The notes beneath the pieces were generated by a model. That model worked only from the letters and a program-made list of their open reading frames with translations, had not been told where the DNA came from and searched no databases. A program made the position numbers and the translations under genes. Below, one piece after another: positions 13,638 to 21,923 of a stretch of 21,923 nt of DNA (position 1 is its first letter; every line of letters starts with the position of its first letter). The stretch is from Candidatus Nanopusillus sp. (GTDB taxonomy: Archaea > Nanobdellota > Nanobdellia > Nanobdellales > Nanobdellaceae), in the NCBI GenBank assembly GCA_046536775.1, contig JAWDMD010000007.1, positions 1 through 21,923 on the forward strand, written 5' to 3'.

Positions 13638-16600
13638 ATGAATACAAATTGGAATAGAAATATAGAAGAAGAGATAAAAAGATTCTGGAAGGAAAATTAT
13701 ATATATGAAAAATGGATTTTAAAGAATGAGAAAGATAAAAGATATATATTTCTGGAGGGTCCTCCATATACAACAGGTTCTCCGCATATGGGACATGCTT
13801 ATAATAGAACAATTAAAGATATTATATTAAGATACTACCAAAAGAAAGGATTTAGTGTATGGAATCAAGCAGGTTTTGATATGCATGGATTGCCAATTGA
13901 AGTAAAAGTTGAAGAAAAATTAAAGATTAGGGATAAAAGAGAAATAGAAAAAATTGGTGTTGATAAATTTATTAAAGAATGTTTTAATTTTGCATATGAA
14001 TCAATAAACGAATTTACAAAATTCTATGAAGATATAGCACATTGGCAAGATATAGACAACCCATATTTACCAATTAAAAACGAATTTATTGAAAGAGTAT
14101 GGGAGGCTTTGGCAAGAGGTTATGAAAATAAATTAATATATAAAGAAAAGAAACCTGTTTGGTGGTGTCCTCATTGTCAAACATCATTATCAAAACAAGA
14201 AATAGATTTAGGATATGAAGATCCTACATATAAAAAGGAAATATCAAACGCAATTTATGTAAAGTTTAAATCAAAAGATATGGAAAATACATATTATATA
14301 ATTTGGACAACAACCCCATGGACATTATTGTATAATTTAGGTATTATGATAAATCCTGAACTAAAATATGTAAAAGTAAAGGTTCCAAAGATTTATGTTG
14401 AAGAACTAGAGTTGGATTATAATAACCATAAGACTATAAAAATGAACATTAAAAGAGAAAATGGTTATGAATATTGGATTATTGCAAAAAATATATTAGA
14501 AAAATTAATGAGTAAATTAAATATTGAATATGAAATAGTGGATGAATTTTATGGAAAAGATCTGGAATTTAAGGAATATGAACCTTTATTCTATGATGAA
14601 TTAAAAGATTATATAGAAAAGATTAAATCTGAAAGAAGTGGGATATTTAGGATTTGGCTATCTAAAGAATATGTAAATACGATGGATGGTACTGGTTTAG
14701 TTCATTCAGCTCCAGGTTGTGGTTTTGAAGATTATGATGTTGCTAAAAAATATAATGTCCTTCCATTCAATACAACAGATGAAACCGGAACTATTTTGGA
14801 TATAAAATATTTTGAAGGATGGATTGCAAAGAAAGATGATTATAAATTTATATTAGAAGTATTAAAGAAAAAATCTTTAGTGTATTTTGAATGGTATGAA
14901 CATGATTATCCAATATGCTGGAGATGTAGAAATAGGGTAATTGTTAGATCCCCAGAACAAATATTCATTAATATATCTTCAATAAAATCAAAAACATTAT
15001 TAGATCTTGAAAATGTTAATTTTATACCTGAGGCAGCAAAAAATGCATTTATAAATACTGTAAAATCTGCACCGGATTGGGTAATATCCAGACAAAGATA
15101 TTGGGGAATTCCAATACCAATGTGGGTTGATAAAAATGGACATGTAAAATTTGTTAGAAATGTTAAAGAATTGGAAAAATTAACTGGAAATAAATTTAAG
15201 GAATTAATAATAGTAGTAAAGTTTACAGATTATGCTGAAAAACTATTACAAAGATACTTTAAAGAAAATAAGATATATTATGAAGATGAAATAAACGATA
15301 TAAATAGATTATATGATGTATTTAGTAAATATGAAGATAAATCTGTAGTAATTGTAAATAATTTTAAATATGATATATTAAATCAATTAAATGATTTATA
15401 TTATGTTAGGGCATATGGATCAAGAGATTATGAAATAATATATCTATATAATTATAATTTACATAGACCATACGTAGATAAATTTACATTCAAATGTGAA
15501 AAATGTGGAGAAGAAATGAAAAGAATTTCAGATATATTGGATGTATGGGTTGATTCTGGTTCGGCAACAGTTGCAACAGATACATATCCTGTAGATTTCA
15601 TAACAGAAAACTATGATCAAATTAAAGGGTGGTTCTATTCCCTAGCAATGATAGGAGAATTATACTATAATAATATACCATATAAAAATGTATATGTTGG
15701 GGGATATGTTGTAGATGTATATGGAAAAAAAATGTCAAAATCTTTGGGAAATGTTGTTTCTCCATATGATATAATTAATAAATATGGGGCAGATACTATG
15801 AGACTCTATTTAGGATCTATTGTAGAAGCATATGAAGATATAAAATTACAATGGGAAGATATAAAAGTTAAATATCAGGTACTAAATACATTATTAAATA
15901 TTTCAACATATTTAGAAGAATATTCTAAATATTACAATATAAATCCAGCAAAAATAAATGTAGAAAATTTAAGGTGGGTAGATAAATATATGTTACATTT
16001 CATAGAAAAAAGCAAAAAAGAGATATACAATGCATTAGATAACTATTTAATATGGAAGGCTGGAAGAATATTGCAAGATATGATATTAGAATTATCGAGA
16101 TTTTATATAAAAGCGACAAGAGAAAGAATAAAAACAGAACCTGATAAGGTATTATTTGTAATATATAAATCTCTATATAATATAATAAATATAGGATCAA
16201 TTATAACCCCTTTTATTTCCGAATATATTTATCAAAAATTAAGAAATCTATATGGATTAGAAGGTGAATCAATAATATTAGAAGACCTACCAAAAGTTGA
16301 GGAACAATACATAGATGAAAAAATTGAAGAAGAATATAAATTATTTAATGCAGTTGTAGAAAATGCATTAAAGCTAAGAAATACGCTAAATTTAAACATA
16401 AGAAGACCATTAAAAACCCTATATTTATATAACTACGATGGTAGGAGATTACTAAACTTTTTGGATAATATAGATATTGTAGAATTATTAAAGGATTATC
16501 TAAATGTAAAAGAAGTTGTATTTGAAAATATTGCTGAGAATTTCATATATGTAAATATAGGCTTTGGAGACTTTAAGTTAGGATTTGATACAAAAAATTA

Positions 16601-16865
16601 TCCGGAATTGGAAGAGGAATGGTTATACAGGGAAATAAGAAGAAGATTACAAGATATAAGAAAAGAAAACAAATTAAGAAAAGGTCAAAAGGCAAATATA
16701 GAGATATATGCTGATGAAAAGCTTCTAAATATAATAAAAAAATATAAAGATACCTTAGAAAAAGATACTGATACCATAATAATAATAAAGGACTCAAATG
16801 AGGGTCTAAACAATGTAGAAAGGATATATGAAATGAGTATATTCTATAGGCTAAATATTTTATAA
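13638..16865 (+). CDS. ileS: Isoleucine--tRNA ligase
   Basis: The HIGH region is GPPYTTGSPHMGHAYNRTIKDIILRY. The CP1 editing motif IIWTTTPWTL, the IleRS-type WVISRQRYWGIPIP, LHRPYVD...C..CG..M.R..D.LDVWVDSGS and KMSKSLGNVV are all present. Together these favour IleRS over ValRS or LeuRS. Confidence 0.92.
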   Translation: MNTNWNRNIEEEIKRFWKENYIYEKWILKNEKDKRYIFLEGPPYTTGSPHMGHAYNRTIKDIILRYYQKKGFSVWNQAGFDMHGLPIEVKVEEKLKIRDKREIEKIGVDKFIKECFNFAYESINEFTKFYEDIAHWQDIDNPYLPIKNEFIERVWEALARGYENKLIYKEKKPVWWCPHCQTSLSKQEIDLGYEDPTYKKEISNAIYVKFKSKDMENTYYIIWTTTPWTLLYNLGIMINPELKYVKVKVPKIYVEELELDYNNHKTIKMNIKRENGYEYWIIAKNILEKLMSKLNIEYEIVDEFYGKDLEFKEYEPLFYDELKDYIEKIKSERSGIFRIWLSKEYVNTMDGTGLVHSAPGCGFEDYDVAKKYNVLPFNTTDETGTILDIKYFEGWIAKKDDYKFILEVLKKKSLVYFEWYEHDYPICWRCRNRVIVRSPEQIFINISSIKSKTLLDLENVNFIPEAAKNAFINTVKSAPDWVISRQRYWGIPIPMWVDKNGHVKFVRNVKELEKLTGNKFKELIIVVKFTDYAEKLLQRYFKENKIYYEDEINDINRLYDVFSKYEDKSVVIVNNFKYDILNQLNDLYYVRAYGSRDYEIIYLYNYNLHRPYVDKFTFKCEKCGEEMKRISDILDVWVDSGSATVATDTYPVDFITENYDQIKGWFYSLAMIGELYYNNIPYKNVYVGGYVVDVYGKKMSKSLGNVVSPYDIINKYGADTMRLYLGSIVEAYEDIKLQWEDIKVKYQVLNTLLNISTYLEEYSKYYNINPAKINVENLRWVDKYMLHFIEKSKKEIYNALDNYLIWKAGRILQDMILELSRFYIKATRERIKTEPDKVLFVIYKSLYNIINIGSIITPFISEYIYQKLRNLYGLEGESIILEDLPKVEEQYIDEKIEEEYKLFNAVVENALKLRNTLNLNIRRPLKTLYLYNYDGRRLLNFLDNIDIVELLKDYLNVKEVVFENIAENFIYVNIGFGDFKLGFDTKNYPELEEEWLYREIRRRLQDIRKENKLRKGQKANIEIYADEKLLNIIKKYKDTLEKDTDTIIIIKDSNEGLNNVERIYEMSIFYRLNIL

Positions 16866-16887
16866 GTTTTTATTAAATTTATTAAAA

Positions 16888-17481
16888 ATGGTTACATGGG
16901 AAATTTCCAATGCTGTTGTTACAATATATTTTAATGTAAAGTTGCCATTGGATAAAATTGCAAATCTAATTCCTTATGCTCAATACGATCCGGAAACATT
17001 TCCTGGATTGATTATACCATTAAAAGAGGGTGGAGGTAAGGAAGAAAATGTTAAAGCTTTGGTATTTAATAGTGGAACAATAAATATATCTGGAATAAAA
17101 AGATTAGAAGATATAGAATATGTCGTAGAAAAATTAAGAGAATTATTTAAACAAATCGATATAGAACTTCCAAAAGAATATAAAATAAAGGTACAGAATA
17201 TTGTTGTAAATGGAAAATTTGATTATGATAATATAGATATAGTAAATCTAGCAGATGAAATACCTGATTCTCAATATAATCCTGAGGCTTTTCCGGCTGT
17301 TACTGTTGTATTCAATATATCTGAGAATTATAGAGTAAAATTTAATGTATTTAAAAATGGAAAATTTGTATGCCCGGGATTAAAAGGTGAATTTAATACT
17401 TTTGATGCAATTAAACAACACGTAGATTATGTATTAAATTCTTTCCAAGAAAAAGTAATAAAGAAATATACAAAAAAATAG
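16888..17481 (+). CDS. tbp: TATA-box binding protein (divergent)
   Basis: Two TBP repeats are present: ...YAQYDPETFPGLIIPLKE...VKALVFNSGTINISGIKRLEDIE.VVEKL and VQNIVVNG.F...IDIV.LA..IP.SQYNPEAFPAVTVVF....RVKFNVFKNGKFVCPGLKG. The size of 197 aa fits. Confidence 0.8.
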   Translation: MVTWEISNAVVTIYFNVKLPLDKIANLIPYAQYDPETFPGLIIPLKEGGGKEENVKALVFNSGTINISGIKRLEDIEYVVEKLRELFKQIDIELPKEYKIKVQNIVVNGKFDYDNIDIVNLADEIPDSQYNPEAFPAVTVVFNISENYRVKFNVFKNGKFVCPGLKGEFNTFDAIKQHVDYVLNSFQEKVIKKYTKK

Positions 17482-17511
17482 CTTATAAATATATTTCATT
17501 ATAATAGAACT

Positions 17512-18129
17512 ATGACGGAATCATCTGGAACAACGATTGTTGCAATAAGATTTAAGGATGGGGTATTAATTGCGTCGGATAAACAATCAACGGCAGGAAT
17601 GATGGTATATCATAATAAAGTACAAAAATTGCATCAGATTACTGATAATATATTAATTGGAGCTGCTGGTTTAGTTGGTGATATTCAGGCTTTGGTAAAA
17701 ATATTACAAGCAAATCTAAAATTAAAATATTTAAGATCAAAAAATGAACCAACTGCAGAAGAAGCTGCAAGTTTTCTATCATCATTAATGAACTACTATA
17801 AATGGTTCCCATTCTTTACAGAAGTAATAGTTGTTGGAAAAGATAATGATGATTACAATATATATTCAATAGATGAGGCTGGAGGATTGGAAAAATTTGA
17901 TAACTTTACATCTACAGGTTCTGGAATGGTATTTGCTTTAGGTGTATTAGAAACAGAATATAAAGAAAATATGAGTGAGGAAGAAGCAAGAGAATTAGCA
18001 AAGAAAGCAATATTAGCTGCTATAAAAAGAGATTTGGGATCTGGATACGGTATTGAGATTTGGACATTAACAAAAGAGGGATTGAAAAAAGAACTTTATC
18101 AGGTAAAGGAAGAATTACAGAAAAAATAA
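17512..18129 (+). CDS. psmB: Proteasome beta subunit
   Basis: A short propeptide and the catalytic Thr (MTESSG|TTIVAIRFKDGVLIASDKQST), the GLVGD region and the GSG.....G motif of Ntn-hydrolase beta subunits are present. Confidence 0.9.
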   Translation: MTESSGTTIVAIRFKDGVLIASDKQSTAGMMVYHNKVQKLHQITDNILIGAAGLVGDIQALVKILQANLKLKYLRSKNEPTAEEAASFLSSLMNYYKWFPFFTEVIVVGKDNDDYNIYSIDEAGGLEKFDNFTSTGSGMVFALGVLETEYKENMSEEEARELAKKAILAAIKRDLGSGYGIEIWTLTKEGLKKELYQVKEELQKK

Positions 18130-18174
18130 TTTTTTAAATCTTATACTTAATTATAAAAGGTATTTACATTATTT

Positions 18175-20028
18175 ATGATGAATATTAAGGAAGAATTATT
18201 AAAAGAATTCCAATCAAAGGATATACACAAGATAATATTCGAAGGACCAAAGATAGTGATATATGTAAACAATGTAGATTTATTTATAAAAGGGCCTGAA
18301 ATAGGGAAAAATTTAGCACAAAAATATAAGAAAAGGATTGAAATAAGAATAAATCCAAGGTTATTAAAGAGAGAAGAACATATTAAGGAAAAAGTAAGGG
18401 AAATATTAGATGGAATAAAAATAAAGGATGTTTATCTTGAAAAGCATAGATCTGTATTATATATTGAAACATATGAACCAGAAAAAATTGATTTAAATTT
18501 AATTAATAAATTAAGAGAAGAAACTCTATGTAATATTATAATACAAAGAGCTCCATTAAAATCTTCAAAAATAATAAATGTTATTAGGACATATTTACAT
18601 AAAAATTCTTTATACAAATCTGAATTTTTAGACAAAATTGGAGAAAAAATATTAGAAAGAAAATCTCAGAGGTTAGATCATTATAGAATTGCTTTTTTGG
18701 GTGCTGGAAGAGAGGTTGGAAGATCTTCATTTTTGTTACAAACAAAAGAAAGTAATATTTTATTGGATTGCGGACTGGGTGCAGGAAATTATTCAGAAGA
18801 TAGATATCCAACATTAAATATACCTGAATTTGATATACAAAATCTAGATGCTGTAATTATTTCACATGCTCATTTAGATCATGTTGGATTTATTCCATAT
18901 TTATTTAGAATCGGATGGAGGGGGCCTGTATATTTAACAGAACCAACAAGAGATATTGCAGCTTTAGTTTTATTAGATTATTTAAAAGTAAGTAACAAAC
19001 AAAATAAAAATCCGATATTTACAACAAAAGAAATTAAATTATTTTTAAAGCATTCCATTACATTAAATTATTCTGAAGTAACTGATATAACTGGTGATAT
19101 AAAAATATCATTCCATAATGCAAACCATATAATTGGATCTTCAATGGCTCATATAAATATTGAAGGTAAACATAATGTATTGTATACCGGAGACTATAAA
19201 TTTAATAAAATGCCTCTATTAGAAAGACCAAATACAATATATCAAAGATTAGAAACATTAATAATCGAAAGTACATATGGGGGATTTAATGATAAACACC
19301 CATCAAGAGAAGAAACTGAAGCATTATTTATTCATGATATAAAGGAAACGATTGAAAATGGAGGAAAGGTATTAATACCAGTACTAGCAGTAGGAAGGGG
19401 ACAGGATGTTTTGTTAACATTACTAAATGCAATTGAAAATAAAATGTTACCAGAAGTAAATATATATTTAGAAGGAATTGTTTGGGAAACATCAATGATT
19501 CACACAGCATATCCAGAATTTTTAAGTAAAGAAATTAGAGAAAAGATAGAATCTGGAAAAAATCCATTTGAAAGAGAAAATGTAATAAGATCAAGTAAAA
19601 AAGAAAGAGAGCAAATTATAACATCTAGTGAACCTTCAATAATAATTGCAACATCTGGTATGATGCAAGGAGGTCCCATATTAGATTATTTTAGTTATGC
19701 TGCGGAAGATGAAAAGAACTTGTTGGCTTTTGTTTCATATCAAGCACAAGGTACTTTGGGTAGAACAATATTAGATGGACAAAGAGAGATTGTATTAAAT
19801 GATAGAAAAATAAATGTAAAAATGAAGGTAAATAAATATGAGGGTTTTTCAGGTCATGCAGATCATTTTGAATCAATATCTTTTATTAAATATTTAAGAC
19901 CAAAACCAAAACAAGTTATTACAATACATGGTGAAATACCAAAACCATATGAATTAGCATCAAAAATATATAGAAAATTTGGAATATATTCATATTCACC
20001 AAAAAATGGCGACATAATTAGATTATAA
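18175..20028 (+). CDS. fttA: aCPSF1-type beta-CASP ribonuclease (KH domains + metallo-beta-lactamase; archaeal transcription termination factor family)
   Basis: An N-terminal KH-like region is followed by AFLGAGREVGRSSFLL, the IISHAHLDHVGFIPYLF (HxHxDH) motif, the beta-CASP region and a C-terminal FSGHADH....F......P..VI.IHGE. The length of 617 aa is typical of aCPSF1. Confidence 0.9.
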   Translation: MMNIKEELLKEFQSKDIHKIIFEGPKIVIYVNNVDLFIKGPEIGKNLAQKYKKRIEIRINPRLLKREEHIKEKVREILDGIKIKDVYLEKHRSVLYIETYEPEKIDLNLINKLREETLCNIIIQRAPLKSSKIINVIRTYLHKNSLYKSEFLDKIGEKILERKSQRLDHYRIAFLGAGREVGRSSFLLQTKESNILLDCGLGAGNYSEDRYPTLNIPEFDIQNLDAVIISHAHLDHVGFIPYLFRIGWRGPVYLTEPTRDIAALVLLDYLKVSNKQNKNPIFTTKEIKLFLKHSITLNYSEVTDITGDIKISFHNANHIIGSSMAHINIEGKHNVLYTGDYKFNKMPLLERPNTIYQRLETLIIESTYGGFNDKHPSREETEALFIHDIKETIENGGKVLIPVLAVGRGQDVLLTLLNAIENKMLPEVNIYLEGIVWETSMIHTAYPEFLSKEIREKIESGKNPFERENVIRSSKKEREQIITSSEPSIIIATSGMMQGGPILDYFSYAAEDEKNLLAFVSYQAQGTLGRTILDGQREIVLNDRKINVKMKVNKYEGFSGHADHFESISFIKYLRPKPKQVITIHGEIPKPYELASKIYRKFGIYSYSPKNGDIIRL

Positions 20029-20051
20029 AATTTTTTTAAAAAGAAAAATAG

Positions 20052-20660
20052 ATGATTAAAAAATATAGATATATTGCAATTGAAGGAATTGACGGAGCTG
20101 GAAAAACAACAATTGCAAATTTGCTATATAGTAAATTATCTGAGAAATATAATAAGACAACATTAATGAAAGAACCATATGATAATGATTTATCTGAAAA
20201 AATAAAGGAAATAATTTCAAAAGAACATGAAAAAAATTTAGATTATGGATATTTATTGGCATTATTATTTACTGCTGATAGAAGTATAAAAAACATTGAT
20301 TTAAAGAAATATTTAAATAGCGATTATATTATAATTTCCGATAGGAGTATTTATTCCACATTTTCTTATCAAATTTTATATGAAGGAATAGATATTGAAT
20401 GGCTAAAATGTGTATCAAAATATATAATTAGACCGGATATTACATTTATATTAGACGTAGATCCAAGAATTGCAGTAGAGAGAATAAATTCAAGGAACAA
20501 AAATATTACAAGTTATGAAAATACTGAATTTTTAAAAAAAGTAAGAGAAAATTTCCTAAAATTAAAGGAAATATTTCCAGATGATAATATAATTTATATT
20601 GATGGAAAAGAAAAACCTGAAGAAATATTGGAAAAAATATTAAGCATAATAGAAAAATAA
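20052..20660 (+). CDS. tmk: Thymidylate kinase
   Basis: The P-loop (YIAIEGIDGAGKTT), the DR motif (FTADRS), DRSIYSTFSYQ and a LID-like region are present. The size of 202 aa fits. Confidence 0.88.
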   Translation: MIKKYRYIAIEGIDGAGKTTIANLLYSKLSEKYNKTTLMKEPYDNDLSEKIKEIISKEHEKNLDYGYLLALLFTADRSIKNIDLKKYLNSDYIIISDRSIYSTFSYQILYEGIDIEWLKCVSKYIIRPDITFILDVDPRIAVERINSRNKNITSYENTEFLKKVRENFLKLKEIFPDDNIIYIDGKEKPEEILEKILSIIEK

Positions 20661-20680
20661 AAATTTTAATAGTTTTATCA

Positions 20681-21562
20681 TTATTTATCTTTATCAGAAA
20701 GCATTTTACTTATTTTTTCTCTTATATGCTCTTCTAAATCGTATCTTTGTTTCAATGTTTTTTCACTCAATATATAATCAAGCGCTGTAGGAATATATTC
20801 TTTTTTTAAGAAATATGGTTTGTATTCTATACGATAATTTGTATTCAACATTATTCCGCCCATTCCCTTTTCACCTTCCAATTCAATACATTTTCTTTCT
20901 GTGCCAAACAGATCTATAGATGCATCCAGCATATTTCCATATTTGTCTTCAGGATTTACCATAATATCGTCTCCACATACTTTAATCCTCAATTCACCAT
21001 TTGACACATTGTATTCCATGTCTATTCTTTTTCTTTCACCGATACCTTTTGCATGCAATTGCTCTTCTAAATATTGAAAAGCAAGACCTAATATTTCATC
21101 CATTTTTGATAATTTTCTTAAATGAGATAAGCCGATCTTTTGTCTTTCATATCTATCTTTGTTCATTTCTTCTTCTCCATTATAATATATTTCTTCATTC
21201 AAGGCTCTTCCCCTAACTAATACTAATTTTAATTTATCATCTTTAATAGATACTTCGCCTCCAAAATCATATACATATTTTCCAATATATAATTTTTTTC
21301 CCTCTGCTCTAAATATTGGAGATTGTGAACGTGCATTTCCTCCACAATATATATCGATTTCTCCAGATTCTCTATTTACTGGAAAGTATCTTTCTATTGT
21401 TCCATCGAAAACATATTTTGCCACTGCCTGTGGTAAAATTCTTGCAATTTCTATAAGATTATCCTTCCTTGCTTCTTCTAAAATACCCCCAAACCCCAAT
21501 ATTTCATCGAGTCCATCTTTATACTCTTCTTGAGATTTTTGTTGTATATCCTTCGTTACCAT
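20681..21562 (-). CDS. Hypothetical protein with no family recognised by eye; possible two-module internal repeat
   Basis: This is a long, uninterrupted ORF with the K/E/I-rich cytosolic composition of its neighbours. The maximal ORF starts at 21610. I prefer the ATG at 21562 (MVTKDIQQK...) because TTTTATAAA (21584..21592) is centred 26 nt upstream of it, the same geometry seen at most other genes here, and the extra 16 codons (MVVTITFIKFSYIKSK) lie across that AT-rich element. Confidence 0.6.
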   Translation of the reverse strand: MVTKDIQQKSQEEYKDGLDEILGFGGILEEARKDNLIEIARILPQAVAKYVFDGTIERYFPVNRESGEIDIYCGGNARSQSPIFRAEGKKLYIGKYVYDFGGEVSIKDDKLKLVLVRGRALNEEIYYNGEEEMNKDRYERQKIGLSHLRKLSKMDEILGLAFQYLEEQLHAKGIGERKRIDMEYNVSNGELRIKVCGDDIMVNPEDKYGNMLDASIDLFGTERKCIELEGEKGMGGIMLNTNYRIEYKPYFLKKEYIPTALDYILSEKTLKQRYDLEEHIREKISKMLSDKDK

Positions 21563-21673
21563 TTTACTTTTTATATATGAAAATTTTATAAAGGTTATGG
21601 TCACTACCATATCATAATAATAATTCTTTACTACATAATTATTATTTGTTTAGTATATAGTCCATAAAGATAT

Positions 21674-21923
21674 TTAAATTAAAAATCTAGTTAATTGATT
21701 GAATAACCCAGAAAAATTAAAGATAAGATCAAAAAATATGTAAAAAACAATAGATAAGATTATAGAAAATAATGCATCAGATAACCAATGTTTTAAAGTA
21801 ATAATTCTTAATATTGGAGCTATCAATACCAAAATATTTCCCGTTATTATAAAGGATAAAGTTGCAATAATTGTATGTTCACTTGGAAAAGAATGGTTTT
21901 CATAAACCAATATAGCAAATCTT
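21674..21923 (-). CDS. PAP2-superfamily (type 2 phosphatidic acid phosphatase-like) membrane protein, 5'-partial
   Basis: The frame is open to the window edge (..RFAILVYENH). SFPSEHT matches PAP2 motif C2 (SFPSGH), and RIITLKHWLSDALFS matches motif C3 (R....HW.sDv). The remainder is hydrophobic. Confidence 0.65.
   Translation of the reverse strand, partial: RFAILVYENHSFPSEHTIIATLSFIITGNILVLIAPILRIITLKHWLSDALFSIILSIVFYIFFDLIFNFSGLFNQLTRFLI

Noticed and set aside
16000-16797. Minus-strand ORFs 16000..16200 and 16573..16797
   Set aside because: They are antisense to ileS and look like hydrophobic shadow ORFs.
18432-19876. Four minus-strand ORFs inside the aCPSF1 gene
   Set aside because: They are antisense to a gene with complete metallo-beta-lactamase and beta-CASP motifs. 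They carry no motifs of their own.
20029-20051. Oligo-T tracts after stop codons (for example T7 at about 20031..20037, and T5-T6 after ileS, psmB and tuf) as individually called terminators
   Set aside because: They are consistent with archaeal oligo-T termination. However, T-runs are so frequent in this AT-rich sequence that individual calls would not be supportable without 3'-end mapping.
20056-20262. 68-aa minus-strand ORF
   Set aside because: It is antisense to the tmk P-loop region.
21001-21216. 71-aa plus-strand ORF
   Set aside because: It is antisense to the long orphan ORF. The longer ORF, with normal cytosolic composition, is preferred.
21563-21610. First 16 codons of the maximal orphan ORF (MVVTITFIKFSYIKSK)
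   Set aside because: This stretch coincides with a TATA-like element placed 26 nt upstream of the second ATG and looks like promoter DNA read as protein. The rejection is not certain and the 21610 start remains possible.
1-21923. CRISPR arrays, long direct or inverted repeats, rRNA genes, defence or toxin-antitoxin modules
   Set aside because: Reading both strands, I found no regularly spaced repeats, no cas-like or nuclease/methylase motifs, and no GC-rich structured-RNA islands other than the two tRNAs.

Overview
This is a strongly AT-rich, very gene-dense archaeal chromosomal window (A+T looks like roughly three quarters by eye; not computed). Almost all of it is core information-processing genes. 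On the minus strand: ribosomal protein L21e, fibrillarin, Nop5, ribosomal protein S10, ArgRS, aIF-1A, an NMD3-like protein, DUF424, aIF-2beta, an RPA32-like OB/wH protein, MCM, EF-1alpha and a DsbA-like oxidoreductase. On the plus strand: RpoF, DUF655, IleRS, TBP, proteasome beta, aCPSF1 and thymidylate kinase. There are two tRNAs, tRNA-Trp(CCA) and an intron-containing tRNA-Ile(UAU). Several traits point to a reduced, probably thermophilic DPANN/Nanoarchaeota-like genome: tiny intergenic spacers, 4-nt start/stop overlaps, shuffled conserved clusters, G:C-rich tRNA stems in AT-rich DNA, and a genomic UAU tRNA-Ile. I saw no rRNA, CRISPR array, transposase/integrase or long repeat, and no obvious defence system. 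The less ordinary content is listed in the findings. It includes the UAU tRNA-Ile, two 52-nt divergent spacers with the same central TTTAAA geometry, a pair of class-III-signal (pilin-like) glycoprotein genes and an unannotated 42-aa acidic Trp-rich ORF. It also includes an MCM-linked OB/wH gene whose wH domain resembles MCM's own, a half-size NMD3, a eukaryote-style C2H2 finger protein and a 293-309 aa orphan with an internal repeat. All functional calls come from motif recognition by eye; no database search was run.
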